A DNA stretch of 62,597 bases, counting the filler, from Choristocarpus tenellus KU-1152 (taxonomy: Eukaryota > Protista > Phaeophyceae): NCBI GenBank assembly GCA_964200185.2. It is 14 parts of 14 records of this genome, joined end to end, with 100 filler letters (N's around TTAATTAATTAA, not from the genome) between each part and the next. Parts side by side here need not be neighbours in the genome. Positions count along the whole stretch, not along the records: positions 23,006 to 27,372 come from CAXNAD020014879.1; positions 27,473 to 35,804 come from CAXNAD020004848.1; positions 35,905 to 41,600 come from CAXNAD020009981.1; 11 more parts are not named here. One strand, 5' to 3'. The position numbers and the translations under genes are program-made. The notes under the pieces were generated by a model, which saw only the letters and a list, made by a program, of their open reading frames with translations, did not search any database and was not told the DNA's origin. Position 1 is the stretch's first letter. The number at the start of each line of letters is the position of its first letter. Below are positions 24,250 through 37,278 of this stretch, piece after piece.

Positions 24250-26650
24250 GAGGTCTTGAAATTGGGATAGTGTCGGCCAAGCCCAGTCGCGTTGATAACT
24301 GTTTACCTCCAAGCCTTTCTTTGTTGTGTAGGAATGTGTATCTTTTGTCGTCTGCCATTGCCACTCCGTAACTAAGGGTTGGTTTCTCATACTGCAAAAC
24401 AACAATCCCTCGTTCTTGAGAGAAAGAACCAACCTACTTACCTTCCTGCCTATCTATGCACGTCAACCTCGTACCTCGTTTGGGGGTCCTGCACAATCGC
24501 TCGTCTAGGGGAAAAAAAGACTCAAGGTGTGGAAGATCGAAGAGGTATCGTTCATTTCACAAAAATGCATGCCTATATAGGGAGGATAAGTGTATACATT
24601 TAGGCTCAAAGTATCTGGGGGGGGGGGTGGCGGCTGTCCATTTGGGGTCATTTTTTTTGTGTCGCGATTTTTGGGTGATTTGGTTGCATAATTTGGATGG
24701 ATAATGTAAATGCACGTTTCCTGATCTTGGCCCAAATGGACACCAGGGTGTACACCCCCGCCCCCCCCCCAGATACTTTAGGTCTTCATACATTGCGTAC
24801 TAGAAGAAAGACAGACGAGAAAGACAAGAGCTGGATGTCCCTGCCCTTGGACTAGGACTTGTCTACATGCACAGTCACGATCGATGGAGACTTGATCTTA
24901 CCTGGCATCCATAGGAGGAGCGTAAATCATACCGAACATACATATATATATATGTATATATCCAAAATGACGAAAGCTCTGACAAACGAACAATCCCTTG
25001 AGAATATAGTCACTCGGAGAGATGTCTTTTGCTGTATCAAGGCTAGAGTCAAGTGGAGGATACGCATGTCCTTATGTCCTTATGATCCTACGAGTTGAGG
25101 CTGTCGCATGCGTATCATAACCTTTGTTGGGCAATGGTTGATGTGAAACGAGCGCCAAGAGGAACTTTGAAGATGAAGTGAAGTAATGCCATAAACTCAC
25201 CTCCCTTCAACACTACTTGTGTGGGTTCAGATGGATTCACCGGATTTGCTGATGGGCTTAGTTGAGAACGCGTAAGGTCATTTGAGTTTCGTTAGAAGGG
25301 AGGAGGACTGATCTAACAAGTGGTACAAAACTCGTACGGTTTCATCGACCTTCACTATCAAGGGTTCCAGTCCCCAAACACCCCAGCCCTAATTCAATAG
25401 AACTAACTAATAGGTTATGTGAGTCATGAGCTGTTCGCATATTTACGGACCGAGGGAAAAGAGGAGGAGGGTGCGGTTGGTTTCTATGTCCATCCTCACA
25501 AGGTCTGTTTGTCGTCAACAGGAACATTCCTAAGGATCCCCCCCAATCGATTACTCTCTATCCAAAAGAAAATCATGGTGGGGGTGGGACTGATGGATCG
25601 TTTGGGACCTACCTCGATATTCTGACTCTCGTCAAACCACCTCTCCTTTGGTTTGTGGTTTGATTGTGTGAGGTCTTGGTTTGGAAGGTGGTTGAGGTTG
25701 GGGGTTTTAGAGAAATCAACAGAAGCCAATTCAAGGTATACCTGATTGGAGACAAGATCAAAACAGTGAATGAAGCCACTTGTCCAACTAGTTTTGGGGT
25801 ATGGGGTTGTACTTCTTTTCAAGTTACATGTAAAGATGCCAAAGGGTTCTCCCAACACAAGATGTGAACGCAGGGGAGGGGCATCAATGGCCTGGGATTA
25901 CATCGCTCTGACTATTTTGTGGTTTTCAGGTTTGTGTAGGGCTCAGCAATGTCCTGCACAACTCCAGCAACAGATGGGTAGTGGTGCATCACCTCCTGAA
26001 GTCAATCGCCTTGGTGAGTTTTTGGCATATGCAATTCCGTGTATAAATGAATCAGGTGGTGGATGAAGGTGTTGTGGGGTGATCCTCCGCTGTTGGAAAA
26101 GGATGGAATCGATATATGGGGACAATTTGCAAATGTTTTTTTGGACAACTGGAATGGCCTGCCTCTCCCTGTTCTGCTTTACGTGGGGATGGTTATTGGA
26201 AATCACGCTTTCGTGGATGCTCCACGGGAAAAAGTAGAGGCTTAGTGCACTAAATCAAGATTAACGCCGTTTCAATTGCAATTACTACTGTTGGACGTAA
26301 TTCCTGTTGAAGGCCTCGACTTGTCCCCCCCACTCCCACAAAATCGACCTTACCTTGTGTTGCAATGTGGTACTGGGTTGTCTTATTCCTCTCTCCCTAT
26401 CTTGACAGGCCAGGTATTCTCTGCTGTCGGTGCAGGCACGGCGGCCGTGACTCGAGCCGCATGGGACCACCCTAAAACGACTTTGGCGATCGCTGCGGCC
26501 ACCACCACTGCGGTCTATGTGGGAGTGGAGACTCGGATGACAGGGTTGCAGCTGTGTTCTAGTCCTCGCATCAGTGCTTTTCGGGTAAGGGACGAGGTGA
26601 CTATCTGTGATCTTGATCTAGGTTGAGCTTCCAGAGTCCGCGTAAGGCAG
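24250..26650 (-). mobile_element. Decayed tyrosine-recombinase retrotransposon (DIRS/Ngaro-like)
   Basis: Minus-strand remnants: gag-like KKTFANC.., SGFIHCFDL, and RT thumb-like ISPTPTMIFFWIESNRLGGILRNVPVDDK (cf. PTTSLTFLGIEIDS...LRLPEDK), then RNase H/YR-like fragments with many stops. Confidence 0.45.
24603..24784. mobile_element. MITE family B, full copy
   Basis: TIRs GGCTCAAAGTATCTGGGGGGG / CCCCCCCAGATACTTTAGGTC; internal IR GTCCATTTGG/CCAAATGGAC; flanks TTTA/TTCA. Confidence 0.9.
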
Positions 26651-27303
26651 CCCAGTAAGCATTAACGTGAGTGGGCGGGCTGTGCTCAATTGTATTGGAC
26701 ACCCTCGCCATACTCGATCGCACGTCGTGTTCCCTTGCTGAACATTGTTTTTAAGTATGTATAGCTGTGACGATCGGATGCTCTTTTAATTTTGTCGACC
26801 AGTTACGTTTCACCTCTTAACTCATCAGTTTGGTGAACGCATATGATGAAGATCCCAACTTCGACTTTTGATATTTCTCATCAGCAGTTCGCCCCGCGAA
26901 AGTGTATGACTGGGCTTTCCCTGATGGAAGAAGCTTGCTCAATAAAATTGTTAGACAGGGCACAATACATACATCCACTTTGTTTGATATAGCTGGTGAT
27001 ACGTACTCACAGGACGCTCTTCTACCCATTCAATGATCCCTGAAAAGGAAAGTGGTATGTTTTACGTTGGATCGCTGCAATCCATGATCGCACACTATCG
27101 TGTCCAAGGTGGCAGCTTTAAAACAGTCTCATGCTTCCACCATGTACTGCCCACAATCATAGATGATTGACTAGAGTTTTTGATTTTGTTTTGAAGACTA
27201 TTGGGGTTCGTATCTGGGCCTCTTTGAGCAATCTCACTATATCCTTCCTATCTTCAGGGTCGCTGTAGATGAGTTGAATTCAAGTCACGGTTGCACTTCC
27301 AAT

Positions 27304-27560
27304 GGGTCAAAGTATCTGGGGGGGGTGGCGGCTGTCCATTTGGGACCGATTTTTTCATATCGCGATTTTTGGNNNNNNNNNNNNNNNNNNNNNNNNNNNN
27401 NNNNNNNNNNNNNNNNTTAATTAATTAANNNNNNNNNNNNNNNNNNNNNNNNNNNNNNNNNNNNNNNNNNNNATGGATAATGTAAGTGCACTTTTTCTAG
27501 TTTTTGGTCCAAATGGACACCCTGGTGTAGAGAGCCCCCCCCCCCCAGATACTTTGGGTC
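27304..27560. mobile_element. MITE family B halves on either side of a linker (27304-27372; 27473-27560)
   Basis: Family B sequence. Flanks CAAT and AGGT do not match, so these are probably different copies. Confidence 0.8.
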
Positions 27561-28459
27561 AGGTGTTTGACTCTAGGTTCTACTCATTTGCTCACATCCC
27601 CTAGCAAAACCTCTACCTCCCAAGTTCTCTGTCAGTAAATAAATGTCAGGAAAAATGATACTATTATTTGAAGTCAATAGTTAGTGTGATCCGTTCTTGT
27701 GTGTGGGTGTTAGGTGAGTGTCTTGTTTTTATGTTGCTGTGATGTACACGGAGATATGGAGTTCTCACTTGAGAGTCTGGAACCAGCTGTGCGCCAATGA
27801 TGATGTAGAAGATTATGATAGCTGTGTACACAGTCAGGATGACAAGTTTGAACTTGCATATGAAGGGGTAGAATCTGAATAGACATGATTGCCACAGTCC
27901 GACCAAATCAAACAGCAATGGTCAAAGAAGTTGTAATCCAATGAGTACGTGGATCTGTAGTAAAGGTGCGTTGAGGTGCATCTCAATTTGCAAGTGCCAA
28001 CAATTTGGTCCTAGTGGGGACAAAAATATGTTCTAGAAGAGATGATTCAATGGACGTTTGGTTCAGATGCCTCGTCAGTAGTTCAGCAATAGGCGACTGT
28101 TGTATGCGATGCATTGCTGTCATGGTTATTTCAAAATGCTTTCTCTCTTGTAACAGCCTTGCATTGGCACAAGTGTCAAGGGAAACAACGCACTACAATA
28201 TTTCACCCACCCACCCTCCAAGCTTCCAGCCCTCCCCCAACTCGCTTTCCTATGGACATACACATTTACTGGAGTATGTGCTAAGATATACTTCGACCTT
28301 TTCTTGAGATAAATACACGTTATTCCATTCAGAATGAATGATTAAACAAGTCATCCACATTGGGCTTCATTGCCATTTCTTTTGATTGTAATGCAAATCT
28401 ACTGCTTTAGACGTCACAGCTAATTATAAAATGCCTTAGAAATAGATGTAGAACATATT

Positions 28460-28810
28460 TTACTTCGTTCTTCCTATCTCAAAGTCATTTCATTAACAGG
28501 TTTTCACTGATACTGCATCCGCAGACGGTATTGCTAAGCAATACTTCAAAGTACTCCGGAGTATAAAGTAGTGGATAGTAGTGCACACATATCGTGTGTG
28601 GTTCACAATGGCAACTAGCCACCAAATATTGTTCACAAATCCCCTTAATGAATTATGGTAGCTCACAAGTAAGCGAGATCCCCGAATAAACAGGTCTTGG
28701 GGTGTTTTCACCCCATAATTTATCTTGGAGGCCCTCCTCACTATGATATTCTTTCTATGGTGTGGTAGCACATCATCTAGTAATTTCATCTGGAGGAAAT
28801 GTAAAGACAA
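28460..28810 (-). pseudogene. Decayed Ulp1/C48 SUMO-protease-like fragment, probable transposon cargo
   Basis: SLHFLQMKLL..VRRASKINYG..QDLF..RLLVSYH..NNIWWLVAIVN..TIHYF..**NDFEIG parallels the Ulp1 F.NSFF..L / HW.L.VI / I.YFDS / QQ.N..DCG layout. Catalytic His and Cys are lost. Confidence 0.45.
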
Positions 28811-30459
28811 TTGCCCCTCTTCTTACCCATTCGCCATCCGCAGTCCCACCTAGAGCCAATTATTTAGTACCAGGTGGTAATGTTACCAGTATTTTTTTCG
28901 CTATTGCACTCTTTATATATTTTATCATTGCTACCATTGTTATCACAATTATCATTGTGTTAATCACTATCAATTATTGGGATCTTTTTAATTACTCGCA
29001 GCGAGGACAGTGTGACCCTCACCACTAGTGTAACCCTCAAACAGTGAGCTGTATATTGCCTATAACACCCATCATCCAGATCAAATATATGGCTGATGTG
29101 TTCTGCAACTCATGTTAACAGTTTGGGTTGTAGTTGTGATCTTTTATTTTTATGTCTTTTTCACGATCAAACCCATTTTCTCTACAATGTTCATTATCCG
29201 ACACTAGGTTTATTCTTCATGTCCGTTATCAGGACAAGCTTGACACCATATTCTCTGCATCGTGTGTTGTCCTAAAAACACTTGAGCGCATTTGCCCAGA
29301 AACATATATCCAGAACAATGTTCACAGCCATTTGATCAATACCAATTACATTGCACACATTTGTATGATATTTTCAAGCACATGGTTAGATGTTGCGGGG
29401 AATTGATGGCAATGATGGACTAAATGTGTCGGAATTATTTTTTGAAACAGGAATAAATATATCCGCAGTACTTGCTCGTAACATCCGTTGTCCAGCAACC
29501 ACTCAGCGCCATTTGCCCTGTAATTTTCATTGTCTATCAGATGTTTGGAGCTGTTTGGTTGTTCACATCCGTTGTCTTGCATGACTGGTGCGACCACTTC
29601 CTCTGTAAAATTTTTTTCCAGGGCAACGCTTGCTGCCTTTTGGTCTGTGACATTTGTTGTTCAGCAAACAGTTGAGCCCATCGTCTCTGAAATATTTATT
29701 GTCCAACAAAAGTCCGATCTATTCGCCTTATATCATTGGCTGGCTTCAAAGCACATTGCCGTGTTCTAACTGTGAAGCCCTGAGCGGTGTTATGCAAGTG
29801 TTGGTTGTCTGGTGTGTGGCCATAATTTTCGTTGCCCATATAAATTTAATCACTTCAGAATATACATGCATCCATTAGTCTTATTGCTTTGATGAATAGA
29901 ACAATACCTGTAACAGTCACCTGTTTTCAAAAAACTTCACAACTTCTCCTTTCTCCTCGACCTCCCCACCTTATCCGAGGCACACATGGATAGATAGAGA
30001 GTTTGGGGGAAGTAAGGGGCAGGGGAGGGGGTAATAGCTGTTCTCGTCAGAGGAGCTGTACCAGCAACTATTTTCACTTCATAACCTGATTTAGAATAGG
30101 TATTTTGGTCTGTTATGCTCTTGAGGTGCAAGTCTCAAACGCCCAGGCATCTCCCTGAACTTTGTGCCACATTGTGCTATCAAGAAAGATCCAACTCGTG
30201 CCATTCTAGAGAAAATTAGCTTTTCTGCAAGGATCTACCTGTGTGGAATTGGATTACTTCAGAAAATATCTTACATTAATAAAAAAATTGATAACAAAAC
30301 TCAAGACCTCATACTCACACTTGCTGTGAATAACAATGACCATTTTTCTTGTAGACATGCATCTCTAAGCAAAGTATTTCTTTTTCAAACACGTGGGTTC
30401 ACACCTGTGGGTCAAGACAAGTTTGAACCAACCCTGAAAGACAACATCTAAACTTAATC

Positions 30460-33400
30460 ATGACAGAGTCAATGCTGTTGCCACATTCCTACCACTCCCT
30501 GTGTGTGGATAACCCCGCCTCGATTTGCAACAGTGGAATGTAGACCTGCACAGGTCCATCTTGGCCTCGGGGTCATGCATGTGATACTCATAAGCCAGGG
30601 TAATTGTGGGGAATATTATCACCACTGAGAAGAAGTTACAGATCACCTTCACATGCACCGACCGCCAAAACAAAATGCAGATGATTGGGGTGGAGGGTAT
30701 ATGTTTGACATTTGATCTCAAGGGGAAATCGATTGAACGGGCATCACAGGTGTGGCACTGCATAAAGTATATGAGTGCATGAGTGTGCATGGGAAGGTTT
30801 TCCAGCGTTGGAAGAGAAAGAAAAAGGAAAGTTGGGTCTGTAGGATGGTAGGACGGGAGAATTTAATTCTTACTGGATTTACTGTCATCTACACATATGA
30901 TGGTATTAATGACATACGTTTGCATACCACCATATTGTGCCTCCATCCAGTGTGTTTTTGCAAACAGCATCGATTTGCTGGAGTTGGCCAAGTTTCTGAT
31001 GGGCTGATGCAAGATATACATGACTTCTCACAACAGTATAAATGTACGTTTGTGTACTCAACAAACATGTACTATGTAGTAGTAGCATTTGAAATTTGGT
31101 GAAGTTCTGCATCATGAGAGTTCCACCTACCAGAATAGACGAGAAGATTCCGAAGCTCTGCACGGCAGGAAACTCAGAGGTTGCATTAACCAAGAAGCTA
31201 ACTGCGGTTGTGAGGGAGGTCACCCCCTGCAATTGTGAGTGTCACAGTCAAGGGAAGAAAAATTAAGGGATGGACAACACGATTTTTGTATGTTGTCACA
31301 CTAGACGTAAATTGTGAGGTCACGCAAAAGCAATGAGAGACCAACACAGGGGGAAAGGTTTGAGTCTACAAACAGTTAGGGGAGTGAGGGCATCAACGGT
31401 GACTGTGATCTGCCACTGTAGAATCTGAACAAAAATTCCACTTCTTTTATGAATAACTTTGATTCAAAGGTCAGAGCAAGGTCTAGGGCTAGGGCTAAAG
31501 TTAGCCCTTGTACATAGACTTGGTTGGATATATCCTCTTGCTACTGATGCTGATGGCATCATTGACAGGACTTGTTGAATATTTTTGTAGTATACTGTAG
31601 TGGTATCATTAGAGGTATGTTGGAGTCTCAATACTAGTAAAACGTTGGAAGGTTTGCTTATCTTGCTAGTCTGTTGGGGAAACACTTTTCTGGAAAAAGG
31701 AACGGGCATATTGATGTCATGATTGGGGGAATGGGAAGGTTTCTACAGCAAACACGTCTGGTAGGCTCATTTTGACATACAGGACATTCCATTGGTCTAC
31801 GTGTCCTACCCCCGACCATGTCTCCTCCACTGAATCAAACTACTGCTGTTTTATTTTTCATATTGGCATGTTTTGCTCACCATGGCCTTCCCCCCAGTGC
31901 ATAAGGCCGACATGATTTGCTCTAGTACACTGCTATTTGGCATGGTACGTCTAGCATGATGCCAGGAGTCCGAGAACACGAATATATCATCAGCACCTTG
32001 TGAAGGTAAGAGTCATAACTGCTTAGTACTGACTTAGGATTTAGTTCTACATGAGAGAATGTTCCTTCAAATATATGATTGAACTACTGACAAGTTGCAT
32101 TGGTAGATCAAACCTGTTTCATTTCTTGACGCATCACTCAGCAAACACTTGGTGTAGCAATGATAATAAACATCAACTGACTTCTGAGAGAATATAGGGA
32201 ATACATGTTGAGGAGTGGGTGTATCGATTTCATTTTAGATTCCTGTAGGACCCAGAGTCAACCAAAGTCAAGGTGAGTGAAAGTATCTTAGAGGGTATGA
32301 GTTCTGCACTTTTTGTCCATTTGGGGCTTGGCTTCCCATGGAATCTTTTATGACATTGTCCTACTCCAAAATGTTAAGGAGTAGGAAAATTTTGTATGTT
32401 ACTAAAAGGTGTGCCCGGAACATAGATATTGACACTTCCTAACAAACACCATAGCCAAATTTCATCAAAATCGCAACATTCGATTTGACACCTAATGGAC
32501 GCGGCTCTACCCTCTAAGATGCTTTGACTCAGGTTAGGTAGGAGTTTTGCAAGACACTATTCCAAACAGTACTGCAATAATCTTACAAAATATTTCCCTA
32601 ATAATAGGGCTGGTCTCATTGTATTCTGCTCAAAGACACAGAGAGAAGCACCAGTAGAGGTCTATACCCACATGTCGTTTGCTCCACACACTTCAGTCAA
32701 GCATATTACTTACTTGCTCATGCTGATCGAGGCCCCTTATTCTTGAAGATTGTGTAACAAACTTGAAACGTAAGCTGGAGCTCAGCAGCTCTCAAATTTG
32801 ACAAGTAGACAGACTATCTCAATCAACAGCCAATCATTGTTCTTCTCTCCTAAGATCAAGAAGTATGTATTATTGATAAGAACAACTACTACCAGTTACG
32901 TGTGAAATTTCAGGAGAAAGCATCCTTGCGACTATGTTCACATTTCTTCATTGATGTCCCTCTGACATTCAGTTTATAATTTGTAGTTGAAAATGCTTCA
33001 TTGTGTTTGCTCCAGAGACATTTATAAAATATGGATATTTGATCGTATAAGATGCTACGTTGAGGTCGACTACATCTTTTACGCCAACAACCACAATTTT
33101 CAAGGCTTACTATATACTCACATGCGAGGTGGTAATATGATAACTTATACTTGATGGTAGACCACTCACCAATGCCAAGGATAACGAAGATGGATAGACA
33201 GTTTAGTGTGCCAAAATAGCTGTGGGTGTTGACGGGGGAGTGGGGAGGCAGGCCAAGTAGTTGTAGGGAGAGGGAAATGCGTTACAAAAATGAGGACTCA
33301 GGGTGCTCACAATCACTTAGAGAACAATTATTTCAGCTTGAATAAGTCCAACATCAGGGGTCTAGATTACATAAAGAAGGTGCTTGGAATAGAGATATTA

Positions 33401-34346
33401 ATGGAGGGCATAGACTTGACCTACGCATATGTATGTGTAATATGTGCCCTATATATGCAGGAGTATCTCAGGGTAAAACCTGCTTTGTCATACGCTGCTG
33501 TGGCTATGACGTCCCTTACCAAGGATTTCGAAATCCTTCCAGGAGTGATTGAGGGACCCCCAATTGGATTGGTGTGGGCTTGAGCTGTTTGTGCTTTTGT
33601 TCGCTACTGACAATTCTTGTCATGTCATATATTTTCACTTTATCTGCATGTATCTTCGAATAATGTGCACTCCTACAAAGTACATGTGTATTTAAGTCTC
33701 TCCTATTTATTGGAAAGCATCCAGCAAAGGTGAGGGGTGAAGTTGGATCGTGTAAATGAGAGATGGGAATGGAGATAAGAATGTGGTTAGTCAAGACGAG
33801 GGGTCGATGTATTTAGTGAGGAATGGGTTCCTAATGTTGCTGACAACAGATTGGACATGTGACCCACCTGTAACCAGCAACTAGTCTGTATAATACCAGG
33901 GAAGGACCAAAACTTCCAAGAATCATAAGCATGCCAGCCCCTCCCAACCTTTTTTGCCGGAGGAGGAAAGGGGGCGTTTTGTATGGCATACAGGGTTGGG
34001 TGAGGTGACAATTAGGGCTTTGACAAGATGAAGTTAGGTAAGGAGGGTACAACAACAAGAATTTGATGTGATATATAGTTGGAGAATGTATTTGTTGTAC
34101 ATTTAATTGCTATGCCTATTCTTCAAACATGGCAGTCCAATGCACGGAGTGGAAGTACCAATGGGTACACCTTATATCATTTTCAGCAAAGAGTTTACTA
34201 CTTTGCATTTCAAATGCACTATACTATACCCACTTCTCTAGTATCTCACCACCAGGACTGCAGCTGGAAGATGAGGTAGGCCAGCACGAACAGGAACGTT
34301 GGGAGGAGCAACAGCGTATCAGTGGCCAAGATATTGTCGATGTACA
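30460..34346 (-). CDS. Dispatched/Patched-like RND protein, sterol-sensing domain exons (partial gene)
   Basis: Phase-consistent exons 34346-34250, 33948-33868, 33219-33170, 31996-31881, ~31226-31131, ~30646-30550: YIDNILATDTLLLL..GMLMILGSFGPSLVLYRLV..YFGTLNCLSIFVILGIGADDIFVFSDSW..GGKAMGVTSLTTAVSFLVNATSEFPAVQSFGIF..VICNFFSVVIIFP. Confidence 0.88.
32275..32530. mobile_element. MITE family A, full copy, exact 4-bp TSD AGGT
   Basis: TIRs GAGTGAAAGTATCTTAGAGGGTA / TACCCTCTAAGATGCTTTGACTC; AGGT at 32271-32274 and 32531-32534. Confidence 0.92.
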
Positions 34347-34599
34347 CTGGAGCAAGCAATAGGACAGGACAAGCAGAAGGTAATACACAAACGACAAGGG
34401 ATTAAGTCATCCCATGCAGCCTTGACTTGTGCTCGATGAAAACAACAGTCCTGAGAAATATGCGGATTGCTGGTTTTGATGAAAAATAGGAGGTTGTCAC
34501 CGGTGGGTTCAACAGGTGAGTGAGATGGAATGAGGTACATCGATGATGGTGTAGACCAAATCCTCCATACAAGAGTAAGGTACTTTTATAGGAACACAA

Positions 34600-35450
34600 T
34601 AAACACTTGACTAAACTACAACCCTCTTTACATCCTTTTTTGCATCCCGATGTTGCACCTTTTTTTCTTTGTCACAGACTGAATCATAGATGTGGAGGTA
34701 TTGCATTACCAAAGAATATCACACACATATATAGAGAGATGCATGGCTTATGCCTTGCCTTATTGCACACTTCCTCAAAGTATGACCCAAACTATCTGTG
34801 GGGGGGGGGAGGGGGTCTACACCAGGGTGTCCATTTGGGTCATAACCAGGAAAAGTGCACTTACATTATCCATCTGACGCATGTAACCAAATACCCAGAA
34901 TCTCGACATGAAAAAATCGACCCCAAAAGGACAGCTGCCACCCCTCCCCCAGATACTTTGAGCTTAAATGTAGTAAGACAAGGGGGCAATGGAAGGCGTT
35001 TGTTATGTAATGACATTTACCTTCAAAGGGCGGCCTTGATATCGTGGAATGTTAATATTATTGGGGCAACTGAAAGGCAACACTTCCTTCCAATGGTAAG
35101 AGAGGGATTTTTTCATATTGATATTTTCTATGACCCTGAGGACGGTGAGCTGCCCGTGGTACTAATAGAAGCTGACCACTCAGCACTATTCATAACTCCC
35201 CTTGTAACTACTCTGAGAGTGGAATACATGAGGAAGCAAAACAAGATGAGAAACAGGGACTGTGAAACTCTAATAGAAAAAGTCCAAGGTTTTACATATT
35301 CTGAACTCACCATCAAGCATCCCGTTATAGGTGCCATCCCAGAAGACGTTCACCCCTTCCAGCCCCTCAGCCAGAAGGACCTGTCAATCAGGGTTTATTG
35401 CTTTGCTGGGGATAGTGAAGAAGGGAACATTGCGACTGCTTTCACGTAGT
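34600..35450 (-). mobile_element. Decayed Mutator/MULE-type transposase relic, interrupted by MITE B (34784-34964)
   Basis: LLAEGLEGVNVFWDGTYN..SFTVPVSHLVLLP..Y, then FEEVCNKA..CVIFFGNAI (cf. MULE DGT, FP..Y.LL, FE.A..A, C.FH..QA). Many stops. Confidence 0.45.
34784..34964. mobile_element. MITE family B, full copy
   Basis: GACCCAAACTATCTG...CCCCCAGATACTTTGAGC. Confidence 0.88.
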
Positions 35451-35782
35451 AAAAAAACTCTAGTAACATTTCATGTTCCCAACATGAAAATCATGTCTAG
35501 ATAGCATTTTTTAGTGCATCTTCTGCATTGAAAATCTACAGAATACACATTGCATCAGAATATTCAGCACTTGAGAGGCAACAAAACTACCTTGAAATAT
35601 TTTGTGAGCTTCACACATTGTTTAACAAGGTTTTATTTTGGTCATGGTCCGAAATATCACTTCAAAAACTTGACAATATCGGCAATTGTAGCCACAATAA
35701 AAAAGCGCTTCAACCTTACCTGATGATGGTATAAGAGGGATAATAATATTGGTTGATAAAATAATATTGAATAATTGTACCA

Positions 35783-35926
35783 GACTCAAAGTATCTGGGG
35801 GGGGNNNNNNNNNNNNNNNNNNNNNNNNNNNNNNNNNNNNNNNNNNNNTTAATTAATTAANNNNNNNNNNNNNNNNNNNNNNNNNNNNNNNNNNNNNNNN
35901 NNNNCCCCTCCCAGATACTTTGAGTC
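35783..35926. mobile_element. MITE family B termini on both sides of a linker
   Basis: GACTCAAAGTATCTGGGG (35783-35804) and CCCAGATACTTTGAGTC (35905-35926). Confidence 0.75.
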
Positions 35927-36535
35927 TTCAGAGTTGGGTGTGGGTTCTACTCTAGTCGATATCTGAGACCTGCAATTGTGATAAAATTCTGCATTCTGTT
36001 TTGTGAATGGTCACTGATGAACTCTAACCCTATCCTTCTGACTTGCCTTATCCATGACCCTGGTCGCTGCTCTGTTGCTTATTTTTTCCGCTTATTTTTC
36101 ATGAATGTCTTCAGCAGTTGCTAAAACGTTGCTGTATCATACGACTCCTTCACAGCCCCCCCTACCTGTATCAGTAGATAAATATGAGATGCTATTCGAT
36201 AAATATTCGTTTTTCTTTTGTTGTATCACCGTATGCTCTTTGTCAAGCCCTCCCCTCTCCCATGCTCTCCCATCACATCCCTTTACTATCTCCTCTTTTT
36301 TTTCTTCCCTTTTTCTTTTTTTTTCCTTTCCTCAAATCATTCGTCGGTTGCTACCTTTAGCTTGTGCAAGCCACCTTGTCCGATAACTCTCTTGGTCTCA
36401 AGCGAAAAATTAAACAAACTTAATGTCCGTCGGTCTTCCCTTCACCCCCTGCCCCAACTGCTTTCGTTCAACTCTCCATCCTCCTATCCCATAACAAGAA
36501 GAAATTTGTTTGTCAATCTTCCCTCTTTTTCTTAG

Positions 36536-37098
36536 GCGTGGGAATGCCGGGGGGGCAAAGCTGGACTGAAGAGTGGTTGAAGTTTGACAACTCTATTTTT
36601 GCTACCGCCACGAAAGATGGAGAACTCCTGCGGCTTGAAACAGACAGTTGCCTGTCCAAGGATGAGGGTTTTAAGCCTTACTTCGACAAGTATGCTACCA
36701 GCGAGACGGCTTTCTTTGTTGACTGTGAGTGGCGTGGGAGGGGAAGGGAACTGGGCCTTCATGAGGACCTTAGGAGGTGCTCCATTATTTGATTGAATCC
36801 ACCTTGTGATTGCATGCAAGGCGATTTTCACCGGTGCGCTTGATGTTAACCTATCTGCCCTTCTTCTGTTGTTGAAGGCACTGGGTGTTCACATGGTCTT
36901 AAGTTATTGTGGTTTTAGGGAATGTATTGTTGTTCAGTACTATTTTTGTGCTGAACAAGATCACATCGATTGTGACGCTCACCCACGCCCCTCCCCACGC
37001 CGCCCCCCCCTGTCTGTGTTGACCTAGATGCTGCTGCCCACAAGAAACTCAGTGAAAACGGTTCTAAGTTTGAACCTGAAGAGGGCATCACCTTGTGA
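36536..37098 (+). CDS. APX: Ascorbate peroxidase, plastid-type class I heme peroxidase, last two exons
   Basis: Exons 36536-36724 and 37028-37098: GMPGGQSWTEEWLKFDNS..LLRLETD..FKPYFDKYA..FFVDY|AAAHKKLSENGSKFEPEEGITL*. Confidence 0.92.
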
Positions 37099-37278
37099 GA
37101 TATGCAAGTGGTGGGTGGGGCTTGGTGACTGGTGCCTCATACAGTCAGAAATCAATACTATATGCAAGGGGGTTGGTTGATGCTGGCTTTGACCTACGCA
37201 TATTCGATTTTTTTTTTACTTATATGCCTTTGTACCCCTTTCTGCACTCCCGTTCAATGTGAAGTGCTATACCCTAGG

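Noticed and set aside
26817-27042. Possible terminal exons (IIEWVEERP|GKPSH..)
   Set aside because: Short, two alternative frames, and no recognisable homology.
34607-35449. 280-aa plus-strand ORF
   Set aside because: Runs through a MITE and is antisense to a MULE-like relic; no domain recognised.
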